Of a stretch of DNA of 64,000 nucleotides, positions 1-11,124 are shown piece by piece (position 1 is the first letter of the stretch; each line of letters begins with the position of its first letter). The notes beneath the pieces were generated by a model that saw only the letters and a program-made list of their open reading frames with translations, searched no databases and was not told the origin of the DNA. The position numbers and the translations under genes were made by a program. The stretch lies in assembly GCA_038136775.1 (NCBI GenBank), contig JAYQAJ010000003.1, positions 28,302 through 92,301 of the forward strand, written 5' to 3'. This DNA comes from Gammaproteobacteria bacterium (lineage in GTDB: Bacteria > Pseudomonadota > Gammaproteobacteria > Pseudomonadales > Azotimanducaceae).

Positions 1-74
1 GGCGGACATGTTGGTTGAGTTGCAAAACGGCCAGGACAAACGCATTAGCGATGGCGCCGCGTTACCGATTACCA

Positions 75-599
75 ATGAACCCTCTGGTCAAAACTAAGGG
101 CGTGTTACGTCCAGCGGTAATCGTCACGGCACTGCTGTTAGCTTGGGTTGGAACAGCCCAAGCGCATCGACAGCCAATTACCTGGACCGATATCGAGTTA
201 AACGCGGATCGGCAGGCGGCGGCTATCACCCATCGCTTACACCATCACGACGCCATCGCGTGGTTGCGCCACAGCGGCGAGCAACAGCCCGACTTGGGGA
301 AATTGAAGCATCGCGCAAAAATTGCTTTGCACGCAGCCCAACACACTAAATTCTGGCGCGATAAGGCCGCGCCAATGACGCCAGAAGTGATCGGAGCCGA
401 GGTAGCTGACAACCATCTCTTCATCTACCTAGAGATTGCGCCGGCTAAGCACCCTCTCACGCAAGTGCACATGACACTCCTTATGTCCTTGAACAAGGCA
501 CAAAGAAATAGGGTTAACATTTTGCGTGATGGCGATCAGCACTCGCTTGTATTCGATTCCAACAGTAAAGCGCAATCATTGGAACCAACTAGACCATGA
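75..599 (+). CDS. Secreted protein, DUF6702-like
   Basis: Signal-peptide-like N-terminus (…AVIVTALLLAWVGTAQA|H) followed by H-x-x-x-x-(S/T)-x-T-x-I pattern and later 'IGAEVADNHLFIYLE'. Start uncertain (ATG 51 or 75). Stop overlaps the next start (ATGA). Confidence 0.55.
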   Translation: MNPLVKTKGVLRPAVIVTALLLAWVGTAQAHRQPITWTDIELNADRQAAAITHRLHHHDAIAWLRHSGEQQPDLGKLKHRAKIALHAAQHTKFWRDKAAPMTPEVIGAEVADNHLFIYLEIAPAKHPLTQVHMTLLMSLNKAQRNRVNILRDGDQHSLVFDSNSKAQSLEPTRP

Positions 600-1876
600 A
601 GAGATTTTCAGTACCCGTTAGCCTTCAGACGCGTTGGCAAAATATAGCTGCGCTGATAGTCGTTATCACCGCCCTATTCGCCTCGGCCACCAGCCATGCT
701 GCAATAAAAGCCGCTGGTGCCGAGCCACGAGTACCCGTGGTAATGCTGTCACTGGATGGATTTCGCAACGATTACATCAACCGTGGCTACAGCCCGAATT
801 TGGCGCAATTGGCAAATAGTGGGCTTACCAGTCGCGGGCTGACTCCAGTATTTCCCAGTAGCACCTTCACTAATCACTACTCCATTGTTACCGGCATGTA
901 CCCGCAGCGTCATGGCATTGTTGGCAACACATTTTACGACCGCACTAGAAAACAGACCTACCGAATCAGCAACCGCAAAGTTGTTGAGGATGGCAGTTGG
1001 TATTCAGGCACACCGCTTTGGGTGGCTGTAGAGAAAGCTGGCGGCATCGCAGCAAGTTTTTTTTGGGTTGGCAGTGAGGCTGATATTCAGGGTGTGCGAC
1101 CGAGCCATTACAGAACCTATGACGGCCGAGTGAAAAATTCTCGCCGGGTGCAGCAAGTGTTGCAATGGCTGCAACTGCCTGTGGCGCAACGACCAAATTT
1201 GATCACCTTCTACTTTTCTGATGTCGATAGCGCAGGCCATGACTTTGGCCCTGACAGTGCTGAAGTGAACGCTGCGATCGGCAAAATCGATAAGGAAATT
1301 GGCCAGCTGCTGGAAGGTCTTGAGGCGTTGCCCTACCAAGTGAACCTGATTATTACCTCGGACCATGGCATGGCTGAGGTGAGCCCAGATCAAATCCACT
1401 ACCTCAGCGATTGGATCGACATTAGCCAATGGCGCAAAAATTCCAGGGTCATCAGCGGCGGTGCCTACCTCTATTTTTATAGTGATAACAATGAATTAAT
1501 TAAAACTACTCAAAACAATCTAAGGAAAGTTAAGGGATTATCCGTGCATCAACAGGATCGTTTTCTGCAGGAAATGCGCCTTGGCGGTGGTTCTCGTAGC
1601 CCAAATTTTGTCGTCACTGTAGAGTCGCCTGGTTATCTGATGACGCGACGACCCAAAGGTCGAGCCAATATCCCTGCTGGCGCCCACGGCTACCTACCGT
1701 CGACGAACGAAGATATGCAGGGTCTGTTTGTTGCCAAAGGTCCGAACATCACACCTGGCAAGATGGCAAGTTTTGAGAACATTCATGTCTATCCCTTCGT
1801 CATGGCTCTGTTAGGCCTAGAGACTGACGAAGAGATTGATGGCAGGCACTCTGTATTAGCAGACTTTATTCAATAA
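596..1876 (+). CDS. Alkaline phosphatase superfamily nucleotide pyrophosphatase/phosphodiesterase (ENPP-like), exported
   Basis: Motifs SLDGFR, FPSSTFTNHYSIVTG (catalytic Thr), DSAGH, TSDHGM, GAHGY; N-terminal hydrophobic signal. Confidence 0.92.
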   Translation: MKRFSVPVSLQTRWQNIAALIVVITALFASATSHAAIKAAGAEPRVPVVMLSLDGFRNDYINRGYSPNLAQLANSGLTSRGLTPVFPSSTFTNHYSIVTGMYPQRHGIVGNTFYDRTRKQTYRISNRKVVEDGSWYSGTPLWVAVEKAGGIAASFFWVGSEADIQGVRPSHYRTYDGRVKNSRRVQQVLQWLQLPVAQRPNLITFYFSDVDSAGHDFGPDSAEVNAAIGKIDKEIGQLLEGLEALPYQVNLIITSDHGMAEVSPDQIHYLSDWIDISQWRKNSRVISGGAYLYFYSDNNELIKTTQNNLRKVKGLSVHQQDRFLQEMRLGGGSRSPNFVVTVESPGYLMTRRPKGRANIPAGAHGYLPSTNEDMQGLFVAKGPNITPGKMASFENIHVYPFVMALLGLETDEEIDGRHSVLADFIQ

Positions 1877-1918
1877 GCGCTTGTATTGGTTGTCTGCCGT
1901 TGAATTTCCGCTTCGGCG

Positions 1919-2266
1919 TTAAGCAATGGGCAATCCATCTTCAACAACAAAATCCGGCTGCAACAACGTCACAACACCAGTTCCGTCCACTACTCCAGTC
2001 ACCAAGCACTCACTCATAAACGGCCCAATCTGCTTCGGTGGGAAGTTCACCACGGCAATTACCTGTCGCCCGATCAGTTGGTGTGGCTGGTAATGATCGG
2101 TGATCTGCGCACTGGTCTTGAGTTCACCAACCTCTTCGCCGAACCAAACCCATAACTTTATTGCCGGATTTCGTGCCTCGGGAAATGCTTCAGCTCGTTT
2201 AATCGTGCCCACTCGCAAATCAACACGCAGAAAGTCCTCAAAACTTATATCCGGTTTACGTTCCAT
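1919..2266 (-). CDS. csaA: CsaA-type tRNA-binding/secretion chaperone (OB fold)
   Basis: DLRVGTI…FPEARNPAIKL…KTSAQIT…VVNFPPKQIGPFMSECLVTG is typical of CsaA. Confidence 0.9.
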   Translation of the reverse strand: MERKPDISFEDFLRVDLRVGTIKRAEAFPEARNPAIKLWVWFGEEVGELKTSAQITDHYQPHQLIGRQVIAVVNFPPKQIGPFMSECLVTGVVDGTGVVTLLQPDFVVEDGLPIA

Positions 2267-2318
2267 GCGGCATCCAAAGAGGTGTTCCTAAGAAATTGCA
2301 TAAAAGCATAAATCTTCC

Positions 2319-2402
2319 CCCGCCAACAATTGCGGCTTCAGGGGGAGACGCGGGGCAAGTCCCGCCAACAATTGCGGCTTCAGAGGGGATGCAGGGCAAA
2401 CC
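2319..2402. repeat. Imperfect 42-bp tandem duplication with an exact 23-bp core
   Basis: cccgccaacaattgcggcttcag occurs at 2319-2341 and 2361-2383, each followed by a similar GGGGA-x-GC-x-GGGCAA tail. Confidence 0.85.
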
Positions 2403-2509
2403 GCCGTTTTTTCACGAATCGTTCATTAGTTTGCTAGCATCATTGCCCGACATTCAGTGTCACGGCACTGACAAAGGGACCTACCCTGCCCAACAACTGT
2501 GAGGCCATC

Positions 2510-3799
2510 ATGTCGCGAGTCATCCATCCGCTTACTCAGTTGCTTACCGTGTTAACCGTTACCACGGATCGTTTTATGGCCGCCCAACAGTGGGCCTCCA
2601 AGCGCAAGCCCCTCAACCCCTTTGCCGGCAACTCCAAAAATCCAGAACAACCCACTGTGCTTACGCCAAACAACGGTGGCACGCGCAGTAAACTGATCGG
2701 CCTACTGCAAATCGGCGCCATTATTTTAGTCATCGCTTTGGCTGTAATGGTCTCCAGAACACCATCAACTCCGGCGACCGACGCGCCGGCATTCACTCGC
2801 CCTGTGATCGCTACCGAGGTAACCCAGGTTCGAGTGACTCAACCCCAAGCGCTGCCTTATCAAATCTCGGTAGCCGCCAACGGCAGCATAAGCGTACGCA
2901 ACTATATTAACTTGGCGCCTCAAGTAAGCGGTCGAGTGGAACGAATCTCCCCAGCACTGAAAGCTGGCGGTGAATTCTCAGCGGGTGAAACGCTTCTGGT
3001 TCTCGACCAACAGGATTTCAAACTGCGCTTGGCTCAGGCTCAAGCTGATGTCGCTTCGGCGCAGTCGAATCTGTTATTGCAACAAGCTAAGAGCGACGCG
3101 GCAGTCGCCAACTACGCATTACTCAATCCAGGCAAAACAGTGCCGCCACTGGTGGCTCTTATTCCGCAAATTGGCCAAGCTAAGGCGCAACTGGCGGCAG
3201 CTCAATCCCGAGCTGATGCCGCCCAGTTAGATCTTTCCCGCACTCGTTTCAGCCTCCCCTTCGACGGCAAAGTTACCCGCAGCAGCGCCGAGGTCGGCCA
3301 GCTGCTGAATGCCGGAAGCGCTTTTGGCCAGGTTTTTGCGCTGGACGCCGTAGAGTTGGTCGTCCCGCTACCACCCGATGATCTAGCGCTGATCAGCCCC
3401 GCCGTCGGCCGCCAAGTGATGTTCAAAGACGGCCAAGCTACCCACCAAGCCGTGATCGAGCGAGTCAGTGCGGAGGTTGATCCACGTAGCCGTTTTGCAA
3501 AAGTGTTCATACCTATAGCTGTGAACACGGCGCTGCAACCAGGGAGCTTTGTAGATGTCGAAATCGCAGGAGCGAATTTACAAGGTGCACTGCAATTGCC
3601 GGAATCCGCGACTCAAGCCAACGGCAGCCTTTGGTATGTAAAAGACAACCAACTCTTGCGTCATGACCCGGTGGTGATCGGTCGCAACCAACAAGGCTCG
3701 ATAATTCAACGTTTTGACTATGCTCAGGGCATTGTCCTAGGAGCAGTTCCTGGCGCTGTGGCCGAGCAAGAGGTGGCCATCTTAGCCACCCGCAACTGA
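2510..3799 (+). CDS. RND efflux periplasmic adaptor (MFP) subunit
   Basis: TM anchor, lipoyl-like 'APQVSGRVERIS', coiled coil, 'RFSLPFDGKV…VGQLL'. Lies directly upstream of an RND permease. GAGG 5 nt before ATG 2510. Confidence 0.92.
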   Translation: MSRVIHPLTQLLTVLTVTTDRFMAAQQWASKRKPLNPFAGNSKNPEQPTVLTPNNGGTRSKLIGLLQIGAIILVIALAVMVSRTPSTPATDAPAFTRPVIATEVTQVRVTQPQALPYQISVAANGSISVRNYINLAPQVSGRVERISPALKAGGEFSAGETLLVLDQQDFKLRLAQAQADVASAQSNLLLQQAKSDAAVANYALLNPGKTVPPLVALIPQIGQAKAQLAAAQSRADAAQLDLSRTRFSLPFDGKVTRSSAEVGQLLNAGSAFGQVFALDAVELVVPLPPDDLALISPAVGRQVMFKDGQATHQAVIERVSAEVDPRSRFAKVFIPIAVNTALQPGSFVDVEIAGANLQGALQLPESATQANGSLWYVKDNQLLRHDPVVIGRNQQGSIIQRFDYAQGIVLGAVPGAVAEQEVAILATRN

Positions 3800-3812
3800 T
3801 TGGGTGATCAGC

Positions 3813-6800
3813 ATGAGTGAGCAAACCCAGCAGACAACCCAAACTGAATCTAACGGCTTAGGTATCGTCGAGTACTTCAGTCGCAATTCTGTCGCCGCTA
3901 ATTTGATGATGGTGTTGCTGTTGTTTGGCGGGCTATTAGCGGGCCGCAGCCTGACCTCCCAGGTTTTTCCTACCATCGATCCCGGTTTAGTCACAGTCAC
4001 AGTGCCTTATCCCGGCGCGACACCCAGCGAAGTTGAAGAAAGCATTACTCGCCGGGTGGAAGAGTCCGTGCTGGGCATCGACGGTGTGCAACGGGTCACC
4101 TCCAGAGCGTCCGAGAACGTTGGTACCGTGACCATAGAACTGAAAGACTTTGTTGACGCCGCACAGGTGCGAGACGACGTAGAAGCCGCCGTAGAGCGCC
4201 TGGCCGACTTCCCACCCGAAGAAGCAGAACAACCTGAGGTAGAACGCGCAGACACCGTTAGCGATGTACTCACTCTTGTGGTCTCGTCTGAGCAGGATGA
4301 GAAGGCTTTGCGCATCGCAGCACAGCGACTTGAAGCGACCTTATTAGAGCTACCTGAGGTCACTCTAGTATCAATGATGGGCGCACGGCCCTATGAGATC
4401 TCGATAGAGGTCAGTGAAGAAACTTTGCGCCGCTTCAATCTAACAATTTCTGAGGTAGCCGCAGCGGTACGCTCATCGTCCATCAACTTATCTTCTGGCG
4501 AGTTGAGAACCGCCAGTGGCGATCTGTTACTGCGAACCAACAATAAAGGCGATCGCGGCGAAGACTTTACCAACATCGTGCTGCGCTCTGATCCGAACGG
4601 CAGCATTTTGCGTCTTGGCGACATTGCGACCATCCGCGATGGTTTCGCCGATGTGGACCTCATACAGCAATTTAACGGCCGCCAGAGCCTCTTCGTTAAA
4701 GTCCAGAAATCTGAAGCGGAGGACGCCTTAACAATCGCTGCTGCGGTCAAACAGCGTCTGCAGACTTATGTCCTCGATTCCGGTGTTGATATCGCTATTT
4801 GGGACGATCAGACCGACATACTAGAGCAACGCTTGGGGCTGTTGATTCGCAACGGCATCCTTGGTTTTGCCTTGGTGTTCCTGTTTCTGGCGATCATGCT
4901 GGACTTGCGCTTAGCCACCTGGGTCGCTATGGGCGTGCCAATCTCATTTCTCGGCGCGGTCATGTTCTTTGCACCGTTTGACGTCAACATCAACATGATT
5001 TCGCTGTTTGGCCTCATCATCGTACTTGGACTGGTCGTAGATGACGCCGTGGTAGTAGGCGAAAACATCATTTCGGAACAAGAGAGCGGCGGTCAGGGTA
5101 ATGCCTCGACCTTACGCGGAGTGCGTGGGGTGTTCAGTCCAGTAACAGTAGGTGTTCTGACCACTATGGCGGCTTTCGCCCCTCTGCTTTTTGTCACCGG
5201 CACATTTGGCCAAATTCTCGGTTCGGTGCCTATCGTAGTGATTTTGGTCCTAACCATGTCGTTAATCGAAGTGTTTTTAATTCTGCCCGCCCACCTGTCG
5301 CACGGCCAGGCCTGGAGCCGCGGTGCATTGAAAACGTTCCAAGACGCTGTGGCCTTGCGAGTTACTAACTTTCGCGACCGGCTAATAGTGCCCGGCATCA
5401 AAAAAGCCGTACGCCACAGCTATCTGACCCTGCTGGGGGGTATTGGCATGCTGATGCTTGCCGGGGCGCTGGTCAGCAGCGGTTCCGTGCGCTTTATTTT
5501 CTTTCCCGAGCTGGAGTCCAACAGCATTCGCGCAACCCTAGAATTTCCAGTAGGCACGCCGTTTAACACGACTAAAGCCGCCGCAGAGCGCATCGTAAAC
5601 GCAGCCTACGTCGTCAACGAGAACGTAGGCGGTACATCGTTCAAGGCAGTAAGCGTTACTATTGGCGGCCGCTCCCGCACGGGCGGTGGCCCAGGCGGTG
5701 GGGGCCGTTTGACCACCGCCAGCAATTTGGCCTCTGTGGAAATTCAGCTTGCCTCGGAACCTCAGCGCACTCTCTCAGCCCAGCAACTCGAAAAACTCTG
5801 GCGCACCGAAGTAGGCCCAATAGCCGGTGTCGAGCGGCTGTCCTTTGTCGCCGACTTCTTTAGCGGCGGCGCCGACGTCGAATTCGAATTGGCCCACAAG
5901 GACGAGGAAACGCTGTTTCGTGCAGTCGATGCTATGAAAGCAGGCTATGCAGAAATTCAGGGCGCCTACGACATTCAAGACTCTTTTAGCCTTGGCAAAC
6001 GCCAATTCGATATTACCCTCACCGCTGCCGGTGAAGCTGCTGGACTGACACCAGCGATGATTGCACGTCAATTGCGCGGTAATTTCTTTGGCCAGGAAGT
6101 CCAACGTATTCAGCGCGGCCGCGAAGAGCTAAAAGTGATGGTCCGCTACCCCTACGCTCAACGTCAAAGCATGCGCAGTTTATACAACGCAAGAATACGT
6201 CTGAACGACGGCACCGAGACGCCCCTTAGCACAGTGGCGAATCTGACCGAAACACGCAGCTTCTCTAGCATAGATCGAGTTAACGGCTTACGCATTGTGA
6301 CGGTCTCAGCCGAGGTGGACTCAGATATTGTGACGCCGACACAGGCGAATGCCCGGGTCAGCAACCAGCTTATGCCCAGAATGAAAGAGCAGTTCCCAGG
6401 GTTGCAAGTTCGGCTGGCTGGTGCCGGGCTAGACCAAACCCGTGATCTTGCATCATTGGGTCAAATGATGACGATAGCGATGCTGGTCATCTTTTTACTG
6501 CTGGCATCCCAACTGCGCACCTACACCCTACCCTTTGTCGTGTTGGCTGGAGTACCTTTCGGCGCAGCCGGTGCCGTGATCGGCCACTTTATATTGGGGT
6601 ACAACATTTCGTTTATCTCTATTTTTGGCATAGTCGCTCTTAGCGGCGTAGTCATCAACGACTCCCTGGTACTCGTCGATCAATACAACCGCCTGCGTGC
6701 GGAAAACGGTATGCCACCGGCAGAAGCCATCGTAGAAGCCGCTAGAAAACGCTTTCGAGCGATTTTTCTAACCACCGCGACCACCGCGTTGGGCCTTGCA

Positions 6801-6989
6801 CCGATGCTATTCGAAGACAGTACCCAAGCGCAGTTCTTAGTACCCATGGCAGTGAGTTTGGCTACCGGTATCGTCTTTGCCAGCGCCATCATTCTGTTTT
6901 TGATTCCTGCATTGGTCATGATTCGGCATAACTTGGGTAATCGTGCTCGGCGCATGTTTACAACGACAGCTGATCCGGTGACTCAATAG
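3813..6989 (+). CDS. RND efflux permease, AcrB/AcrD/AcrF family
   Basis: About 1058 aa, 12-TM layout, motifs GLVVDDAVVVGENI and RFRAIFLTTATTALGLAPM. Confidence 0.96.
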   Translation: MSEQTQQTTQTESNGLGIVEYFSRNSVAANLMMVLLLFGGLLAGRSLTSQVFPTIDPGLVTVTVPYPGATPSEVEESITRRVEESVLGIDGVQRVTSRASENVGTVTIELKDFVDAAQVRDDVEAAVERLADFPPEEAEQPEVERADTVSDVLTLVVSSEQDEKALRIAAQRLEATLLELPEVTLVSMMGARPYEISIEVSEETLRRFNLTISEVAAAVRSSSINLSSGELRTASGDLLLRTNNKGDRGEDFTNIVLRSDPNGSILRLGDIATIRDGFADVDLIQQFNGRQSLFVKVQKSEAEDALTIAAAVKQRLQTYVLDSGVDIAIWDDQTDILEQRLGLLIRNGILGFALVFLFLAIMLDLRLATWVAMGVPISFLGAVMFFAPFDVNINMISLFGLIIVLGLVVDDAVVVGENIISEQESGGQGNASTLRGVRGVFSPVTVGVLTTMAAFAPLLFVTGTFGQILGSVPIVVILVLTMSLIEVFLILPAHLSHGQAWSRGALKTFQDAVALRVTNFRDRLIVPGIKKAVRHSYLTLLGGIGMLMLAGALVSSGSVRFIFFPELESNSIRATLEFPVGTPFNTTKAAAERIVNAAYVVNENVGGTSFKAVSVTIGGRSRTGGGPGGGGRLTTASNLASVEIQLASEPQRTLSAQQLEKLWRTEVGPIAGVERLSFVADFFSGGADVEFELAHKDEETLFRAVDAMKAGYAEIQGAYDIQDSFSLGKRQFDITLTAAGEAAGLTPAMIARQLRGNFFGQEVQRIQRGREELKVMVRYPYAQRQSMRSLYNARIRLNDGTETPLSTVANLTETRSFSSIDRVNGLRIVTVSAEVDSDIVTPTQANARVSNQLMPRMKEQFPGLQVRLAGAGLDQTRDLASLGQMMTIAMLVIFLLLASQLRTYTLPFVVLAGVPFGAAGAVIGHFILGYNISFISIFGIVALSGVVINDSLVLVDQYNRLRAENGMPPAEAIVEAARKRFRAIFLTTATTALGLAPMLFEDSTQAQFLVPMAVSLATGIVFASAIILFLIPALVMIRHNLGNRARRMFTTTADPVTQ

Positions 6990-7022
6990 CACCGCAAGTT
7001 AGGATGCTGCTAACATCAACGG

Positions 7023-7412
7023 ATGAAGTTCATCCTAGCAGTACACGGCTCACCCCATAGCAGCGAAAGCGGCGAACATGCGCTGAATTTCGCCCGTGCT
7101 GCTCTGGCCCAAGGGCACAAAATTGAACGTATTTTTTTCTACCACGACGGAGTTCTACAGGCCCTACAAACTCAAGTAGCACCACAGGGCGAAATAGACC
7201 TCACCGAACAATGGCAGGCATTAGCTGAGCAAGGGGTTGAATTGGCTGTGTGTATAGCCAGCGCCATTAAGCGCGGGGTTATTGACGAAACTGAACAGGG
7301 GCGTTACGACAAGCAAGCGGCTACCCTGGCCCGCGGATTCGAACTGGTGGGACTGGGACAATTAATCGCAGGTATCCAGCAGTCCGATCGCTACATTGAA
7401 TTCTGTTGTTAA
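7023..7412 (+). CDS. tusD: Sulfurtransferase complex subunit TusD/DsrE
   Basis: IFFYHDGV, LAVCIASAIKRG (catalytic Cys), FELVGLGQL. Confidence 0.92.
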   Translation: MKFILAVHGSPHSSESGEHALNFARAALAQGHKIERIFFYHDGVLQALQTQVAPQGEIDLTEQWQALAEQGVELAVCIASAIKRGVIDETEQGRYDKQAATLARGFELVGLGQLIAGIQQSDRYIEFCC

Positions 7413-7416
7413 CACC

Positions 7417-7776
7417 ATGAAGAAAATCCTATTCGTTATCAGTAAACCGCCATACGCCAGCAAACGTAACGCGGAATTGTTAGACGCAGCGCTCGTAGCA
7501 GCGGCCTTCGACTGCGAGGTCAGTCTGCTGTTTCGAAATGATGGTGTCTGGTCGCTGTTACCGGAACAATCAGCTAATGCCGTTGGACAACGCTCCATCG
7601 CTAAAATGATGCTGGGCTTGAGCGACTATGACATCGACAAGCTCTACGTTTGCAGCGAATCCCTCAAAAACCGTGGGTTGCAAGAACACTTCGAGGTGGC
7701 GCTCAGCCCGATCGGAATGACCGCACAACAACAACTTATGGCGAGTCAGGGCGCTGTCATAGGAGCAGGCCCATGA
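7417..7776 (+). CDS. tusC: Sulfurtransferase complex subunit TusC/DsrF
   Basis: KKILFVISKPPY…LLFRNDGVWSLL…LYVCSESLKNRG; position between tusD and tusB. Confidence 0.88.
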   Translation: MKKILFVISKPPYASKRNAELLDAALVAAAFDCEVSLLFRNDGVWSLLPEQSANAVGQRSIAKMMLGLSDYDIDKLYVCSESLKNRGLQEHFEVALSPIGMTAQQQLMASQGAVIGAGP

Positions 7777-8027
7777 GCTTGCATTTGGTCTTCACCTTGG
7801 CTGGCCTAGAACACTGCCAAAAACGCCGACATGCCGGCGAACCTGTTGTCTTGCTTGGTGACGGTGTCTATGGAATCTCTGAAGCAATAGACAATTGCTA
7901 TATATTGCAGCCAGACGCCCAGACCCGCGGCGTCACACCGAGTGTTCAGGCACCTCAATTTATTGACTACGAAACATTTGTGCAGCTAACAATAGATCAT
8001 CACCCCAGCGTCAGCTGGACGGATTAA
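7773..8027 (+). CDS. tusB: Sulfurtransferase complex subunit TusB/DsrH
   Basis: ATG at 7773 (overlaps tusC stop). Motifs VVLLGDGVY, DAQTRGV, IDYETFVQLT…SVSW. Confidence 0.85.
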   Translation: MSLHLVFTLAGLEHCQKRRHAGEPVVLLGDGVYGISEAIDNCYILQPDAQTRGVTPSVQAPQFIDYETFVQLTIDHHPSVSWTD

Positions 8028-8031
8028 CCCA

Positions 8032-8379
8032 GTGCTCCAACCACCAAAAGATGCAAGCAATTCGGATTTACTGTCATCTTTAGATAAAGATGGCTATTTG
8101 CGAGATCACACTGGGTGGACTGAGCAAATCGCTACCCAGTTAGCCGCCCGTGAAGGAATCACTCTTACAGCAACACATTGGCAAGTGATTCAGCTGTTAC
8201 GTAGTTACTACGCGCGCACCGATATCTCCCCCGCTATGCGCCCTTTGGTTAAGTTGGTCAAAACAGAATTTGGCGAAGAGACAGGCAGCAGCGCCTTTTT
8301 GATGGGTCTGTTCGGGGGTAGCCCAGCTACGATCGCAGCCAAAATCGCAGGCTTGCCGCGACCAACCAACTGTATTTAG
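8032..8379 (+). CDS. tusE: TusE (DsrC-family) sulfur relay protein
   Basis: DKDGYL…W…HWQVI…SPAMRPLVK; C-terminus KIAGLPRPTNCI with a single Cys. Confidence 0.9.
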   Translation: MLQPPKDASNSDLLSSLDKDGYLRDHTGWTEQIATQLAAREGITLTATHWQVIQLLRSYYARTDISPAMRPLVKLVKTEFGEETGSSAFLMGLFGGSPATIAAKIAGLPRPTNCI

Positions 8380-9803
8380 CCGCCGTCCGGCACCTTTGAC
8401 TCGGAGTAGCCCGGTGCCAGCGAAACGACTTCGCCGACAATAATAATCGATGGTCCGGTGACCTGCTGCTTCGCAACCGCCTCGGCTAATGTATCTACAG
8501 AGGCAAAAACTGCTCGTTGATTGCTCAGTGTTGCGTTTTCAATCAGCACCGCCGGTGTAGTTGCTGCACGCCCCGCAGCGATAAGCTGCCCGAGTATCTG
8601 GTCGATTCCCACCAACCCCATATAGATCACCAAGGTCTGATCACTGCGCGCCAATTCCGGCCAATCAAGTTCGCTGGTCTGTTCCACACGATGACCAGTA
8701 ACAAAACGCACGGACTGGCTAAGCCCTCTGTGAGTCAGCGGAATACCACAATAACTGGCCGCACCCATAGCGGCGGTTACACCAGGAACAACCTCGAACT
8801 CGATATTTGCTTGTTGCGCAATCAGCTGTTCCTCACCACCGCGCCCGAAAATATAAGGATCGCCGCCTTTAAGGCGCACTACGGTTTTGCCTTGATTGGC
8901 TTCGTTGAGAATCAAGGTGTTGATTTGTTGCTGCACCTCGGTGCCGCCACGCCGCTGCATACTCTCCTCACCATCCCGCGGACCTTGTTTACCCACATCA
9001 ATTATTTCCGCGTCTCGGCGTGCATAGTTCAAAAGGTCCGGGTTAGCGAGCTTGTCGTAAAGCAGAACATCTGCACTTTGAATGGCGCGCATGCCTCTAA
9101 TAGTGATCAGATCAGCATCCCCAGGGCCAGCGCCAACCAATACAATTCGCCCGGTCAGCGCATTTTCTTGGGACTGTTGCAATTGTTGTAATGCCAGATG
9201 CTCCGCTTTGCCAAGGTCATCGTTAATGGCGGCATCTGCTGCTGGGCCTGAAAATACCTGCTCCCAAAACGCTTTGCGTGTATCAACATCGGGTAAGCGC
9301 TCCTTGGTCACGTCGCGCAGCCGCCCTGCCAAATCCGCCAGCTTTCCTAATCCCATAGGGAGTCGCTGTTCTAACCAGCCACGCACGGTTCTCGACAATG
9401 TTGGCGACTGACCCATGCTAGAAACAGCGACCAAAATCGGCCAACGATCAACAATTGCTGGGAAAATCACATTACACAGGTCGGTGCGATCCACGCAGTT
9501 AATCCATTGGCCTCTGGGAGCCGCGATAGCATGGGCTTGTTCACTCACGCTTTCGGCATTCGTGGCACATATGATCAGCGCCAGGTCCCTGTGCAAGGCA
9601 TCTGGCGTAAAGGCTTGCTGCAACAACCGCACATTGTGGTGTTCCTGTAATGCAACGATTTCCGGCAGAATTTCTGGTGCCAAAACAGTAATGCTGGCGC
9701 CGGTGCGCACCAACCAGCGCAGCTTCCGGGATGCGGTTAGCCCGCCACCGATCACCAGGCATTCACGCCCCTCAAAGCAATGAAATAGAGGTAAAGAAAA
9801 CAA
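8376..9803 (-). CDS. cysG: Siroheme synthase (multifunctional CysG)
   Basis: N-terminal dehydrogenase VIGGG…RKL; methyltransferase VGAGPGD, RLKGGDPYIFGRGGEE, VPGVTA. Confidence 0.95.
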   Translation of the reverse strand: MFSLPLFHCFEGRECLVIGGGLTASRKLRWLVRTGASITVLAPEILPEIVALQEHHNVRLLQQAFTPDALHRDLALIICATNAESVSEQAHAIAAPRGQWINCVDRTDLCNVIFPAIVDRWPILVAVSSMGQSPTLSRTVRGWLEQRLPMGLGKLADLAGRLRDVTKERLPDVDTRKAFWEQVFSGPAADAAINDDLGKAEHLALQQLQQSQENALTGRIVLVGAGPGDADLITIRGMRAIQSADVLLYDKLANPDLLNYARRDAEIIDVGKQGPRDGEESMQRRGGTEVQQQINTLILNEANQGKTVVRLKGGDPYIFGRGGEEQLIAQQANIEFEVVPGVTAAMGAASYCGIPLTHRGLSQSVRFVTGHRVEQTSELDWPELARSDQTLVIYMGLVGIDQILGQLIAAGRAATTPAVLIENATLSNQRAVFASVDTLAEAVAKQQVTGPSIIIVGEVVSLAPGYSESKVPDGG

Positions 9804-9806
9804 CGG

Positions 9807-11084
<1,278 letters not shown>

Positions 11085-11124
11085 TTAGTGTATTTCTCTA
11101 AAATAAATTGTCATGAGCGCTGCC

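Noticed and set aside
2319-2402. Possible mini-CRISPR
   Set aside because: Only two copies, the 'spacers' resemble each other, and no cas gene is present. The same applies to the 15-bp repeats at 44105 and 44530.
2296-2502. 68-aa ORF containing the repeated PPTIAAS motif
   Set aside because: It is a by-product of the 42-bp duplication (a multiple of 3), starts at a non-ATG codon with no RBS, and resembles no family I recognise.
7023-8379. Dissimilatory or reverse Dsr sulfur oxidation system
   Set aside because: No dsrAB or dsrMKJOP in the window, and the DsrC homologue has only the terminal Cys, which indicates TusE.
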